Of a DNA stretch of 64,000 nucleotides, positions 19,546 to 29,064 are shown in pieces. Every line of letters starts with the position of its first letter. The stretch's first letter is position 1. The stretch is from an uncultured bacterium. GTDB taxonomy: Bacteria > Oederibacteriota > Oederibacteriia > Oederibacteriales > Oederibacteriaceae. Made by a program: the position numbers and the translations under genes. Where the stretch lies: NCBI GenBank assembly GCA_965112635.1, contig OZ218778.1:704001-768000 (forward strand), given 5' to 3'. The notes beneath the pieces are model-generated. The model was not told the DNA's origin. It made no database searches and saw nothing but the letters and a program-made list of their open reading frames with translations.

Positions 19546-20586
19546 CTAGACCTCCCGGACGTTCAATCCGTAAGACTCGACTTTTTCCGTATACTCTAAA
19601 ATTTTTTCCATCATCTGCACGGTCTCCACCGGGTGCATCCCGGCCGCGGTTTCTTCGGACAGCATGACATAGTCCGTGCCGTCCAGGACCGCGTTGGCCA
19701 CATCAGACACTTCGGCCCGCGTCGGCCTCAGATGTTCTACCATGCTTTCCAGCATCTGCGTGGCCGTGATCACGAACTTTCCGCGCTGATTGCATTTTTT
19801 GATGATCTTCTTTTGCACGACCGGCACTTCCCATATCGGCAAGGACACTCCCATGTCCCCGCGCGCGATCATGATGCCGTCCGCAGCTTCGATGATGTCG
19901 TCGATATTCCCGATCGCTTCCTTGTTCTCTATCTTGGCCACGATCTTGACCCCGGCCAATTTCCCGGCCAGCACCGATCTTAATGTCAGGATGTCCTGCT
20001 TGGCGCGTACAAAAGAAAGCGCCAGCATATCCACCCTGTTCTTCACGGCAAATTTCAGGTCGTGCCGGTCTTTTTCCGTCACAGCCTGGAATTTCAAAGG
20101 AGAGTCCGGGATATTCACTCCCTTTCTCTCCTTTAAAACTCCGCCAATCATCACTTCTGCTTTGAATTTCTTGTCCCCGGTCGACTTGACCTCAAAAGCC
20201 AGGTTGCCGTCATCAATGTAGATCATATCCCCTTTTTTGATGCCTTTCAGGCTCCCGGTATAATCAATGGGGATCAGCCCCGGCCCTCCCAAAACCCGTT
20301 CATTGGTGAACCAAACCGTCTGCCGCTTCTTTATTATTAAAGGTTGCCCGTCCCTGAACCTGGTCACCCTGATACGGGGGCCCTCCAGGTCCTGCAGGAT
20401 TTGAAGACTAGGGTGCATCCTTTTTTTTATCTTTTTGACCAGGTCAAAATTGGCCTGCTGTTCCTGCGGCGTTCCGTGGGAAAAATTTAAACGCACTACT
20501 TCGACGCCGGCTCGGACCATCTTTACCAGCACTTTTTCCTGGCTGGAAGCCGGCCCCAGGGTCGCCACGATCTTTGTTTTCACCAT
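19546..20586 (-). CDS. pyk: pyruvate kinase (short, lacks the C-terminal domain)
   Basis: TKIVATLGPAS, RLNFSHG, AKIE, MIARGDMG, ATQMLESM, PTRAEVSDVANA. Confidence 0.93.
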   Translation of the reverse strand: MVKTKIVATLGPASSQEKVLVKMVRAGVEVVRLNFSHGTPQEQQANFDLVKKIKKRMHPSLQILQDLEGPRIRVTRFRDGQPLIIKKRQTVWFTNERVLGGPGLIPIDYTGSLKGIKKGDMIYIDDGNLAFEVKSTGDKKFKAEVMIGGVLKERKGVNIPDSPLKFQAVTEKDRHDLKFAVKNRVDMLALSFVRAKQDILTLRSVLAGKLAGVKIVAKIENKEAIGNIDDIIEAADGIMIARGDMGVSLPIWEVPVVQKKIIKKCNQRGKFVITATQMLESMVEHLRPTRAEVSDVANAVLDGTDYVMLSEETAAGMHPVETVQMMEKILEYTEKVESYGLNVREV

Positions 20587-20746
20587 AGATATATAGATTA
20601 TCAAAATATTTTTGTTTAACCAAAGTAAATGTATCCGCCCAGGCAAGCCGGTCCACGAACTCTCCGTAATACTTTGCTCCTATTCCATATAAACCGGGTT
20701 GGGTTATAATATTGCCTATTAAATCTGGCTATCGAGGAAAACCATA

Positions 20747-22774
20747 ATGTTAAAAACCCAATCTTTGGACGGGACCTGGAAACTGACCGACAAAAAACCT
20801 GCAGTTGGTATCCGCGGCCTCCAGGCCCAAGTCCCAGGCCTGGTGCAGGAAGCGCTCCTCTCCGCCGGCAGATTGCCCAAAGGCTATGGCGCCTCGACCT
20901 TGAAAAAATGGCAATGGGTGGAAAAAAAGACCTGGTGGTATTCCAAAGCCTTTGTCCCCGCTCCGGCTTTACTCCAGAACGGTAAAGTGTTCTTATGTTT
21001 TGACGGTTTGGACACCCTGGCCACGGTCTGGCTCAACAATAAAAAAATAGGCTCTCCCTCCAATATGTACGCTTTTTTCCGTTTTGATGTCACCAAACTA
21101 CTCCAACCTGATCGCCCTAATACGATTGTGGTAAGGCTGCAGTCCCTGGAGTCTCCCCATCTGGACAGGGGTAAAGTCCGCAAATCCCAGATGTCTTTTG
21201 GGTGGGATTTTGCGCCCCGCATGCTTTCCACCGGTATCTGGAGGTCTGTCCGCCTGGAAAGCGTGGAACAGGCAGTGCTCCGTTCCATCTGGGTGGATAC
21301 CAGGAGCGCGGACCCCCGCTCAGCTCAAGGCAATGTCCATATAGAAATAGAAGCAGCTCTGGGTCATCCCCAATCTTTAATGTTGAAGATGCAGGCATCT
21401 CATGGGAACAGCAAACTTAAACTGGAGAAAAAAGTTGTTTTGAAAAAAGGTTTACAGACCGTGATCATACCATTCCAAGTTTCCCGGCCCAGCCTGTGGT
21501 GGCCCCATACCCATGGCCAGCCCTCCCTATATAAAGGTAAGGCAACCTTATCCCTTGGGAAAAAGATCCTCCATGCTAAAAATATGGAATTCGGCCTGCG
21601 GACCGTGAAACTCCTCCACAAAGAGAACGGCAAGAACGTTTTCAAGATACTCATCAACGGCCAATACATTTTCTGGCGCGGTATCAATGTCGTGCCCCTG
21701 GACCTGTTCTTTACCCGGATCGACTCCAGCCGTTGTTGGAAAATGGCCAAGGCCATCAAGGACATGAACGCCAATTCTCTGCGCATCTGGGGCGGCGGCA
21801 TGTATCCGGAGGATGCTTTTTTCCAGGCCTGCGATGCGCTCGGCCTCATGGTCTGGCATGACTTTACCTTTGCCAACACCTTCAGCCCGACCAACCGGGC
21901 TTTTGTCCAAAGCGTGGAGCAGGAGCTGGCCACCCAGATCAAAAGGCTGCGCAACCACGCTTCCCTGTGCCTCTGGTGCGGAGACAACGAGATCGACTGG
22001 GGATGCGCGGGTTATAGCGGGGGCTCGGGCAAGAAGAAATATTTCTGGAATACAAATATCTATAACCGCAAGGTCGTTCCAGGGGCCCTGAAAAAACTCG
22101 ATCCCAGCCGGCCCTATATTTACAGCAGCCCGTGTTCACTCGACCCCAAGGTGAACCCCAACGATCCCGGCCAGGGCGACCAGCACAACTGGGAAGTGTG
22201 GCATCGTAAAGCGCCCATTGAGAACTATCAGAGAGAAACCGGTTTGTTCATAAGCGAGTTCGGTATCCAGGGTATCCCTGACTTTAAGACCTTGTGCGCT
22301 ATCCTCAAGCCCTCTGAACTCTGGCCCGTGATGCCGGCCTGGAAAGAGAACAGTTTTGACCAGGAAAAAATGGAGGTCTTGATGCAGCGTTACGGCGTCC
22401 CGGCTGACCTCACCCACTACATCGAAGTTTCGCAAAAAGCCCAGGCTGACGGCTTGGAACTGGCTATCCGTTCTTTCCGGTCCCGGATGGACGGCAATGG
22501 CGCGCCCACTTGCGGCGGATGTATGCCCTGGCAAATGAACGAACCCTGGCCTTCCATCTGCTGGAGCGTCATGGATTATTTTGGCAGGAAAAAAGCGGGA
22601 TACTACGCGGTCAAGCGGTCTTATCAGGATGTCATCGTGGTCAATAAATTGGAAGGAAATAAGCTGACTTCAACCGTGGTCAATGACAGCCCCCGTGCTG
22701 TGAAGAAAAAAGTCTTTGGCCGGGTCGTTAATGTTCCGCCCCGTCAGACCCGCCGCGTCACCATGGCGGTATAA
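20747..22774 (+). CDS. glycoside hydrolase family 2, beta-mannosidase-like
   Basis: FDGLDTLATVWLN, FGWDFAPR, LRIWGGG, NHASLCLWCGDNE, FISEFG, WQMNEPWP. Confidence 0.9.
   Translation: MLKTQSLDGTWKLTDKKPAVGIRGLQAQVPGLVQEALLSAGRLPKGYGASTLKKWQWVEKKTWWYSKAFVPAPALLQNGKVFLCFDGLDTLATVWLNNKKIGSPSNMYAFFRFDVTKLLQPDRPNTIVVRLQSLESPHLDRGKVRKSQMSFGWDFAPRMLSTGIWRSVRLESVEQAVLRSIWVDTRSADPRSAQGNVHIEIEAALGHPQSLMLKMQASHGNSKLKLEKKVVLKKGLQTVIIPFQVSRPSLWWPHTHGQPSLYKGKATLSLGKKILHAKNMEFGLRTVKLLHKENGKNVFKILINGQYIFWRGINVVPLDLFFTRIDSSRCWKMAKAIKDMNANSLRIWGGGMYPEDAFFQACDALGLMVWHDFTFANTFSPTNRAFVQSVEQELATQIKRLRNHASLCLWCGDNEIDWGCAGYSGGSGKKKYFWNTNIYNRKVVPGALKKLDPSRPYIYSSPCSLDPKVNPNDPGQGDQHNWEVWHRKAPIENYQRETGLFISEFGIQGIPDFKTLCAILKPSELWPVMPAWKENSFDQEKMEVLMQRYGVPADLTHYIEVSQKAQADGLELAIRSFRSRMDGNGAPTCGGCMPWQMNEPWPSICWSVMDYFGRKKAGYYAVKRSYQDVIVVNKLEGNKLTSTVVNDSPRAVKKKVFGRVVNVPPRQTRRVTMAV
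22748..22771 (+). repeat. 24-bp direct repeat, left copy (3' end of the GH2 gene)
   Basis: ACCCGCCGCGTCACCATGGCGGTA; second copy at 23523-23546 with one mismatch. Confidence 0.8.
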
Positions 22775-22783
22775 TACCTGAGC

Positions 22784-22823
22784 TTGACTTCACCCTTCCA
22801 TAGTATATACTGGCAGTATATAC
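22784..22823 (+). promoter_or_regulatory. TA promoter with overlapping palindromic operator
   Basis: TTGACT-N16-TATACT; inverted repeat GTATATACTG-G-CAGTATATAC (22803-22823). Confidence 0.7.
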
Positions 22824-22840
22824 CATAGGAGGTAACCGAT

Positions 22841-23080
22841 ATGTCTAAAGCCTTATCTTTAAAACTGCGTGAAGATGTGTTTGAGCAGGTGGAAAAAATC
22901 TCCAAACAGGCCCATGTGCCCCGCAATACCTACATCAATCATGCCCTTGGTTTTTATAACGCCTATAATGAGCGAAAACTGCTTCGCTCCCAGCTGCACA
23001 AAGAATCCCGTCTGGTTCGCAGCGATTCCATACGGGTACTTCACGAATTTGAGAAGTTAGAGGACGACCTGATTGAATGA
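22841..23080 (+). CDS. type II antitoxin (ribbon-helix-helix-like)
   Basis: KALSLKLREDVF...PRNTYINHAL; acidic tail; ATGA overlap with the toxin gene. Confidence 0.8.
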   Translation: MSKALSLKLREDVFEQVEKISKQAHVPRNTYINHALGFYNAYNERKLLRSQLHKESRLVRSDSIRVLHEFEKLEDDLIE

Positions 23081-23415
23081 AGATAAAAAAATATTGCATC
23101 TGCCTCGCTGATTTAAATCCCAGGTTTGGCACAGAACCAGGCAAAACGCGCCCTGTGGTGGTCTTGCAAACAGACCTATTGAACAATGAACACCCCAGCA
23201 CCATCATCTGCCCCATCACCACGAATGTAAAAAAAGAGTCTTCCCTGCTCAGGGTTCATCTGTCTGAAAATGAATGCGGACTTAAAAAAAATTCGGATAT
23301 CCTGGTAGATCAAATCCGCGCCATTGACAATCGTCGCTTCATTAAGGAAATAGGAGTTTTATCTTTGCGCCACCAGGAACAACTCACCAAAAACATCAAA
23401 ATTCTTTTAACCTAA
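23077..23415 (+). CDS. mazF: PemK/MazF family endoribonuclease toxin
   Basis: ADLNPRFGTEPGKTRPVVVLQ, ICPITT, DQIRAIDNRR. Confidence 0.92.
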   Translation: MKIKKYCICLADLNPRFGTEPGKTRPVVVLQTDLLNNEHPSTIICPITTNVKKESSLLRVHLSENECGLKKNSDILVDQIRAIDNRRFIKEIGVLSLRHQEQLTKNIKILLT

Positions 23416-23522
23416 CCCCTTATCGCCTGCTTTTTCATCATTTCGACACTTCTAGAAATGTAGAAATGATATCGACTTAAAAATGATTCAACTTTTCCAA
23501 TCTGTTTAATTTCTGCCGCTCC

Positions 23523-23546
23523 ACCCGCCGCGCCACCATGGCGGTA
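23523..23546 (+). repeat. 24-bp direct repeat, right copy
   Basis: ACCCGCCGCGCCACCATGGCGGTA. Confidence 0.8.
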
Positions 23547-23556
23547 AAAAAATTTT

Positions 23557-25479
23557 CTATTCTTTCTCATAACCTATTTTTTTTAATGCAGCGGCAGCTG
23601 CATCTCTCACTTGCCAATTCACATGATTTAGTGCTTCTTTTAAAGCTGGGATAGCCACTTGGGCACCGGGACCGATTTCTCCAAGAATAACGGCTGCGTC
23701 TACCTTCCCAAACATATTTTTTTCATTGAGGGTTCCGATCAATGTTGGAATTATCTCCTTAGTTGTAGGCTCAATCTTCCATAGTGCTTTTGCCGCATTG
23801 GTTTTTACAAATGGTTCTTTATCTTTAAGAGCTTTGATCAAAGGAGGAACTGCCTCCTTGGCGCCAGGTCCAATTTCCCCTAAAGTACCTACCGCATCTC
23901 CTCTAACAGACATATTCTTATCACCAAGAAATTTAATTAAATATGGCAATATTACTTTAGCGTCGTGATCAATAGTCCATAAAACACCTGCAGCAGCAAC
24001 CCCTACATATGATTCTTTATCTTTAAGCGTCTTGATTAAAGCTGGCGAAGCTTCTTTGGCATTGGGTCCAATCCTTCCTAATGTACATATCACACCATAT
24101 CTTATGTTTGAATTTTCGTCCCCCAGACCCTCAATAAGTCCTGGCACGGCTTTGACCCCAATACTAACAAGAGCATCTGTTATCTCATCATTTGTGCCTT
24201 CTGCTTCATCTGAATCAAACGCTGTAAAGGCTTGTATTAAAGCAGGAACTGTATTTTTGTCATTAGTTCCAATTTTTTCCAGAGCAAACGCTGCTCCCCC
24301 TCTTGCAAATGAGTCTGAATCTTTAAGGGCCTCAATTAAGACCGGAATTGCTTGCGTGGCACCAGGATCAATTTTTCCTAAGGCATAGGCCGCCTCGCTC
24401 CTAACGCTCGGCTCCTTATCTTTGATTGCTTCAATTAAATAGGGAACTGCTTCTTTCGCTTTTGGACCAATTTTACTTAAAGAGTTGGCGGCACTATTTC
24501 TGACACTACTATCTTCATCAGTGAGGGCTTTTATCAATGAAGGAACTGCTGACTCATCTCCTATCTTGCCAAGAGACCTCGCTGCATCTCTCCTTGCATG
24601 CGGATCTTTAATGTTATTAACAGAATCGCTCAAAACAGAAACTACATCATTTGATTCAGGATCAACTTTCAATAAAGCCTGAGCCGCATCACTTCGCACC
24701 GCTGGGTCTTTATCTTTAAGCGCCTCTCTCAAAGCAGGTATCGCCGTTTTTGCATTTGAACCAATTCTGCCCAGGGCCCGCGCTGAGCCCGATCTTATCT
24801 TTTCGTCGCTATCGCTCATGGCCAAGATAAGGTAAGGCACAGCTTCAACGCCCATCTTTCCCAGAGAGTCAGCCAAACGATAGGAAACCTTTTTATTATC
24901 ATCTTTAAAAGATGTTATCAAAGCTGGAATTACTTCTTTAGTGACAGGCCCAATCTGACCTAGTGCCACCACAGCGCAATATCTGATATTCCAATTTTGA
25001 TCTTTTAAGGCACTAATGAGGTCTGACACCTCTTCCTTGGCTTCAGGGCCAATATGTCCTAGAACAAGTATGGCGCACTTCCTTGAGTCCTGATGTTCAA
25101 GCGCCTCTTTCATTGCTGGAATTGCCGCTGACCCAATTTTTCCTAAAGTTTTCAAAATAAAATTGTAGTCCTCAAACGCATCACTCAGAGATTCTGAATT
25201 TTTATCGTCAAAAGATTTATACTGTTTTTCCCTAGAACTATCTATTTCTGACCCTAATCTTTTAAGAAACTCAAACAAATCTGGAACTGCTTCTTTGGCA
25301 TTCGGGCCGACTTCTCCCAGTTTATTTATCGCATTACGCCTCACCTTTAAATCCTTATCTTTAAGGTCATTGATCAATTCAGGGATAGTTTTATTCCCCG
25401 TTTCAGCACCTATAAAAATGGGGGAATTCATAGCAAAAAGTAAAAAAAGAATAGAGATGGATTTAACTAATCTTTTCAA
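23557..25479 (-). CDS. secreted HEAT/PBS-lyase repeat protein
   Basis: Many repeats of the form AVPxLIxALKDxDxxVRxxAAxALGKIG; signal-peptide-like start; AT-richer than neighbours. Confidence 0.9.
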   Translation of the reverse strand: MKRLVKSISILFLLFAMNSPIFIGAETGNKTIPELINDLKDKDLKVRRNAINKLGEVGPNAKEAVPDLFEFLKRLGSEIDSSREKQYKSFDDKNSESLSDAFEDYNFILKTLGKIGSAAIPAMKEALEHQDSRKCAILVLGHIGPEAKEEVSDLISALKDQNWNIRYCAVVALGQIGPVTKEVIPALITSFKDDNKKVSYRLADSLGKMGVEAVPYLILAMSDSDEKIRSGSARALGRIGSNAKTAIPALREALKDKDPAVRSDAAQALLKVDPESNDVVSVLSDSVNNIKDPHARRDAARSLGKIGDESAVPSLIKALTDEDSSVRNSAANSLSKIGPKAKEAVPYLIEAIKDKEPSVRSEAAYALGKIDPGATQAIPVLIEALKDSDSFARGGAAFALEKIGTNDKNTVPALIQAFTAFDSDEAEGTNDEITDALVSIGVKAVPGLIEGLGDENSNIRYGVICTLGRIGPNAKEASPALIKTLKDKESYVGVAAAGVLWTIDHDAKVILPYLIKFLGDKNMSVRGDAVGTLGEIGPGAKEAVPPLIKALKDKEPFVKTNAAKALWKIEPTTKEIIPTLIGTLNEKNMFGKVDAAVILGEIGPGAQVAIPALKEALNHVNWQVRDAAAAALKKIGYEKE

Positions 25480-25490
25480 AAGTAACCTTC

Positions 25491-27960
25491 CTAACCAACT
25501 TTGTTTAAATCAAACCTATTTTTTCCGTGTTTTAATTGGACAGGTTTGTGGCCAGGCCATTCTAGGATACCTTTGGTCCCTTTAGGCAAGCTGATTTCCA
25601 GACGGACCATGTTGTCTTTTTTAACTTCCCAGGCGACCTCTATCTCCCCGCTGCCTGCCGGCACTTTGCCCTTGGCCCAGGATAGCCCTAAAAGTTTAGG
25701 GGCGATGCGGACCTTGCTCCAAGCCGGAGCTAAGGGCTGCACGCCTAAGACTTGCTGGGACAAATGATACAGCGGACTGCTGGACCAGGCATGGCACAGG
25801 CTGGAAATACCCGGCTGAGCGTCCCAGCTTTCCCAAAAAGTGCTGGTGCCCTTGTCCAGCATCATGCCCCAGCCTTTGCGGATGAAATCCATGGCCTCGG
25901 TAGCAAACCCGGCCTGGAACAGGGCCTTGAGCACATAGGCGTAAAAATAGGGCGTGGCCGACACCAGGTCCTTGCCGGAAATTAAACTCCTCATACCGGG
26001 CAGGATCACATCCCGGCAAAAATGCTCGTGCAGTTCGGGTTTAAAACCCAGCAGGATAGCCCAGGTGTGGCTGTGCTGGCTGATCTGGCTGGATCGCTCT
26101 TTTGTTTTCAGGTCGCACGCCTCGCGGAACACCTTGGCCTGCGGGTCAAAGAACCTCTTGAGCACGGTCCGGGTCACGGCCAGCTCCTGCTCTTTCCACT
26201 GCCTGGCCCTGTCAAGGCGTCCCAGCAGTTTGGCCAGGTCCACGGCTGAACGCAGAGCCGCGATGTATAAAAAGTTAAAGATGGCGCTGTATTGGTCCTT
26301 GATCAGCGGCTGCCAGTCCAGGAAAAGCCAGGTGCCCGGCACCGGCCCCAGCAATTTTTCCTCTCCGGCGTGCCGGCAGAACCAGTCCAAACACTTTTCC
26401 AGGGCCGGAAATACTTCTTCGATCACGTCTTTTTTGCCGGTAAAAAGGAAGTAATACTGCAGGGACATGACCCAGATGAGGTTGAAATCCGGCAGGATGC
26501 AGTCATAGGCCTGGCTGGGAAAAACGCCGAACAAGAGCCCCTCGGGCGTCTGGGACTGGGCTGCCTGGCGGATGCCCCGCCGCAATAAATCAAATTTGCC
26601 GAAGGCGTAGGCCGTGACCCAGGCCTGGACCGTGGCGTCGCCCCACCACTGGCCCTGTTCCCTCCACGGGCAGTCCACATAACTGTCCAGCATGCACACC
26701 CGCTGGGTATGCGCCGCCGTCTCCCATATTTTATTGAGGAGCGGGTCAGAGCAGGAAAAACTGCCTCTTGCTTCCACCGGATAACTGGAGTGTGTCAAGC
26801 TCACTGAAAGGACAATAGGTTTTTTGATCCGGCGCACCGTGACCAGCATATAGCGGAACCCGCGGCTGCCAAAACCTTCCCACTCCTGCTTGCCCTGGCA
26901 ACAGCGGTACCTGTCTGCCATGGCTGATCCTGCAGCTCTCCTCCGGGTCCAAGAGCACGATGGAGCCATCATGGTTCAGGTCCTCGGTGTAAAAAAGGTC
27001 CACCATTTCTCCGCCCAGGGCTTTTTGGATGGCCAGGCGGGGATGGCCCACCACTTCCTTGCCAAAATCCAGCAAAAGCGCTTGGGGTTTTCGATCCTTG
27101 GCCGGTAATATCTCAAAGGTCATTGTGTTCTTGGGTCCAGCCTGGCCAAGCCGGAAAGCCCCTTGTTTGGCTGGCTGCCTTTTTTCATGAAAGAGCAGTA
27201 ATCCCAGGTTGTTATATTTTTCCCAGTTCTTGACTGTGGTCACGCTCCACTGGGACAGCACCTGGCTGGGAGCCATCTCCTTTTCTTCTAAAAAGGAAAT
27301 GCCCCGTGGCTCCAGGCCCGGCCAGGGCATGCGCGGCACAGGCCCGCTGCGGGGCGATTCGGTCCATTTCGAATCGTCAAAACCCGGCAGCATCCAATTA
27401 GGATCGAGCTGGCTGGCGTCAAAATCCTCCTGAAAACCCTGCTGGAATGAGATGCGGTCCGCCATCCGGTTCCACGCCCTGATGACATTGGACTTAGGGA
27501 AACGGGCCGGGATAAGGCCCGGGCACCAGCCCGCCTCAATAGTGCGCCAGGTGGAGTCGGTAGAGAGGGGCACGGTTTTGCCCGGCCCCAGCTCAGCTTC
27601 GCCGTCCAGCAAAAACCCTTCCCAGCCGGTCTCGATGTGGTGGAACATGGTGATTCCAAAATGATGCACCACGGCTGCCAGCACATTGCGGCCTGCCCGT
27701 AAAAACGGGGCGATATCCAGTTCGTCATAGGGCAGGCTGAAGGGATAACCCCGGGCCGGGCCGCGGCACACGAATTTGCCGTTGACGAACAGTTTATACC
27801 GGCTGTCCGCCGTCACCCTGATCCGGGCATGCCGGGGTTTGGAGGCCAGGGTCAGTTCTTTGCGGTATATCCTCCAGTAGTTCCACGGTTCTCCGAGATG
27901 GTCGTCCGCCAGCCAAGTGCACAGCCATTGCCCGGTCCATTTTTTCTGGGTCCCCATCAT
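25491..27960 (-). pseudogene. alpha-L-rhamnosidase (GH78) family gene interrupted by a single frameshift
   Basis: N-part has TADSRYKLFVNG and LLDFGKEVVG; C-part has DCPWREQGQWWGD, TFWESW and SLCHAWSS; frames switch near 26922. Confidence 0.8.
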
Positions 27961-27967
27961 TTCCTCC

Positions 27968-28942
27968 TTAATTCTTCCAGGAATACTTGCCATACTCTTG
28001 CACGGCCTGTTCCATGGCCGCCAGATGTTCGGGCGGGGTCGGCATCCCCTGATCAGGGCAGCAAAAATATCCGCCCTCCGCTCCCAGCAGTTTTATCTTT
28101 TCTTTAACATCCTGTTTGATCCGCTCTACCGGCCCTTCTATGAGCAGGGCCGTACTGATTCCTCCCTCAAAGGCGATACGCTTGCCTCCGCTGGCGCGGA
28201 GTTTACCCAGGTCGTTGGCCGTGGCCTGGATGGGATTGAGGATATCCACGCCCAATTCCATAAAGATCGGCAGCATGGCCTCCACGTTGCCGCAGGAATG
28301 GAAATGCACCAAAACATTGTTCTTTTTGTAAAGTTCGAACAGCCTGCGGTATTCCTGCACCAGAAAATTTTTTACAATGGCCGGCCCGAGCAAGGGCCCG
28401 TTCTGCGTGCCCAGGTCGTCGCTCATGCCCACCATTTCACAGCCGAGCTTGAGGTAATGCTTGGCCATGCCCAGCTGGAAATCCATGATGCGGTGCAGTA
28501 CCTCCCTGGCAAACTCCGGCTCAGCGTAAAAATATGTCATCATGTTCTCCATGCCCACGAGCAAATAGGATTTTTCCCACAAAGTATCGCGGTTGGACCC
28601 GCAGATAAAGGCATCCTCGGATCTTGGGGTTTCGGCGGCCATTTTGTAGATCTTCCCGCACAGGCGTTCATCGTTGGGGTCTGGCCATTGGTAGGTTTTA
28701 AGGGCGTTCATATTGGCTAATGGGTTGACGCGGGGAAAACCCATGACCTCGGGCTGTTCTTTGTGCCATTCCACGCCCCAGATATCGGTCCATTTGGACC
28801 CCACCGGGCAGTCGTGCCCGCCGCCGTCATAACCCTCGTGGTTGCAGCCCTGGTAACATAAAGTTTGACGGGGCACATAACTCATCACCCGTTCGGGCCG
28901 GTCAAAACGGATTATTCGGAGCGCGTTCTCTTTGTCAGTCAT
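27968..28942 (-). CDS. uroporphyrinogen decarboxylase/MtaA-like family protein
   Basis: DIWGVEW, SDDLGTQ, HFHSCGN, LNPIQ, FEGGIS, GGYFC. Confidence 0.85.
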   Translation of the reverse strand: MTDKENALRIIRFDRPERVMSYVPRQTLCYQGCNHEGYDGGGHDCPVGSKWTDIWGVEWHKEQPEVMGFPRVNPLANMNALKTYQWPDPNDERLCGKIYKMAAETPRSEDAFICGSNRDTLWEKSYLLVGMENMMTYFYAEPEFAREVLHRIMDFQLGMAKHYLKLGCEMVGMSDDLGTQNGPLLGPAIVKNFLVQEYRRLFELYKKNNVLVHFHSCGNVEAMLPIFMELGVDILNPIQATANDLGKLRASGGKRIAFEGGISTALLIEGPVERIKQDVKEKIKLLGAEGGYFCCPDQGMPTPPEHLAAMEQAVQEYGKYSWKN

Positions 28943-29064
28943 TGGCCTTTCCTCAACTGGAAACTATACGGAAAATCATATCACGTCCGGGTTTTTGTGG
29001 AATAGACATCCACGTAGGGATTATAATAGGAAAGTTGTTCAAAAAAAGAGGAGGATAAAACTGT

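Noticed and set aside
23410-23510. Possible integron attC site after mazF (ACCTAAC fits RYYYAAC)
   Set aside because: No matching GTTRRRY end at a suitable distance, and no integron integrase in the window.
26915-26930. Programmed ribosomal frameshift in the GH78 gene
   Set aside because: No slippery heptamer or stimulatory structure; mutation or sequencing error is simpler.
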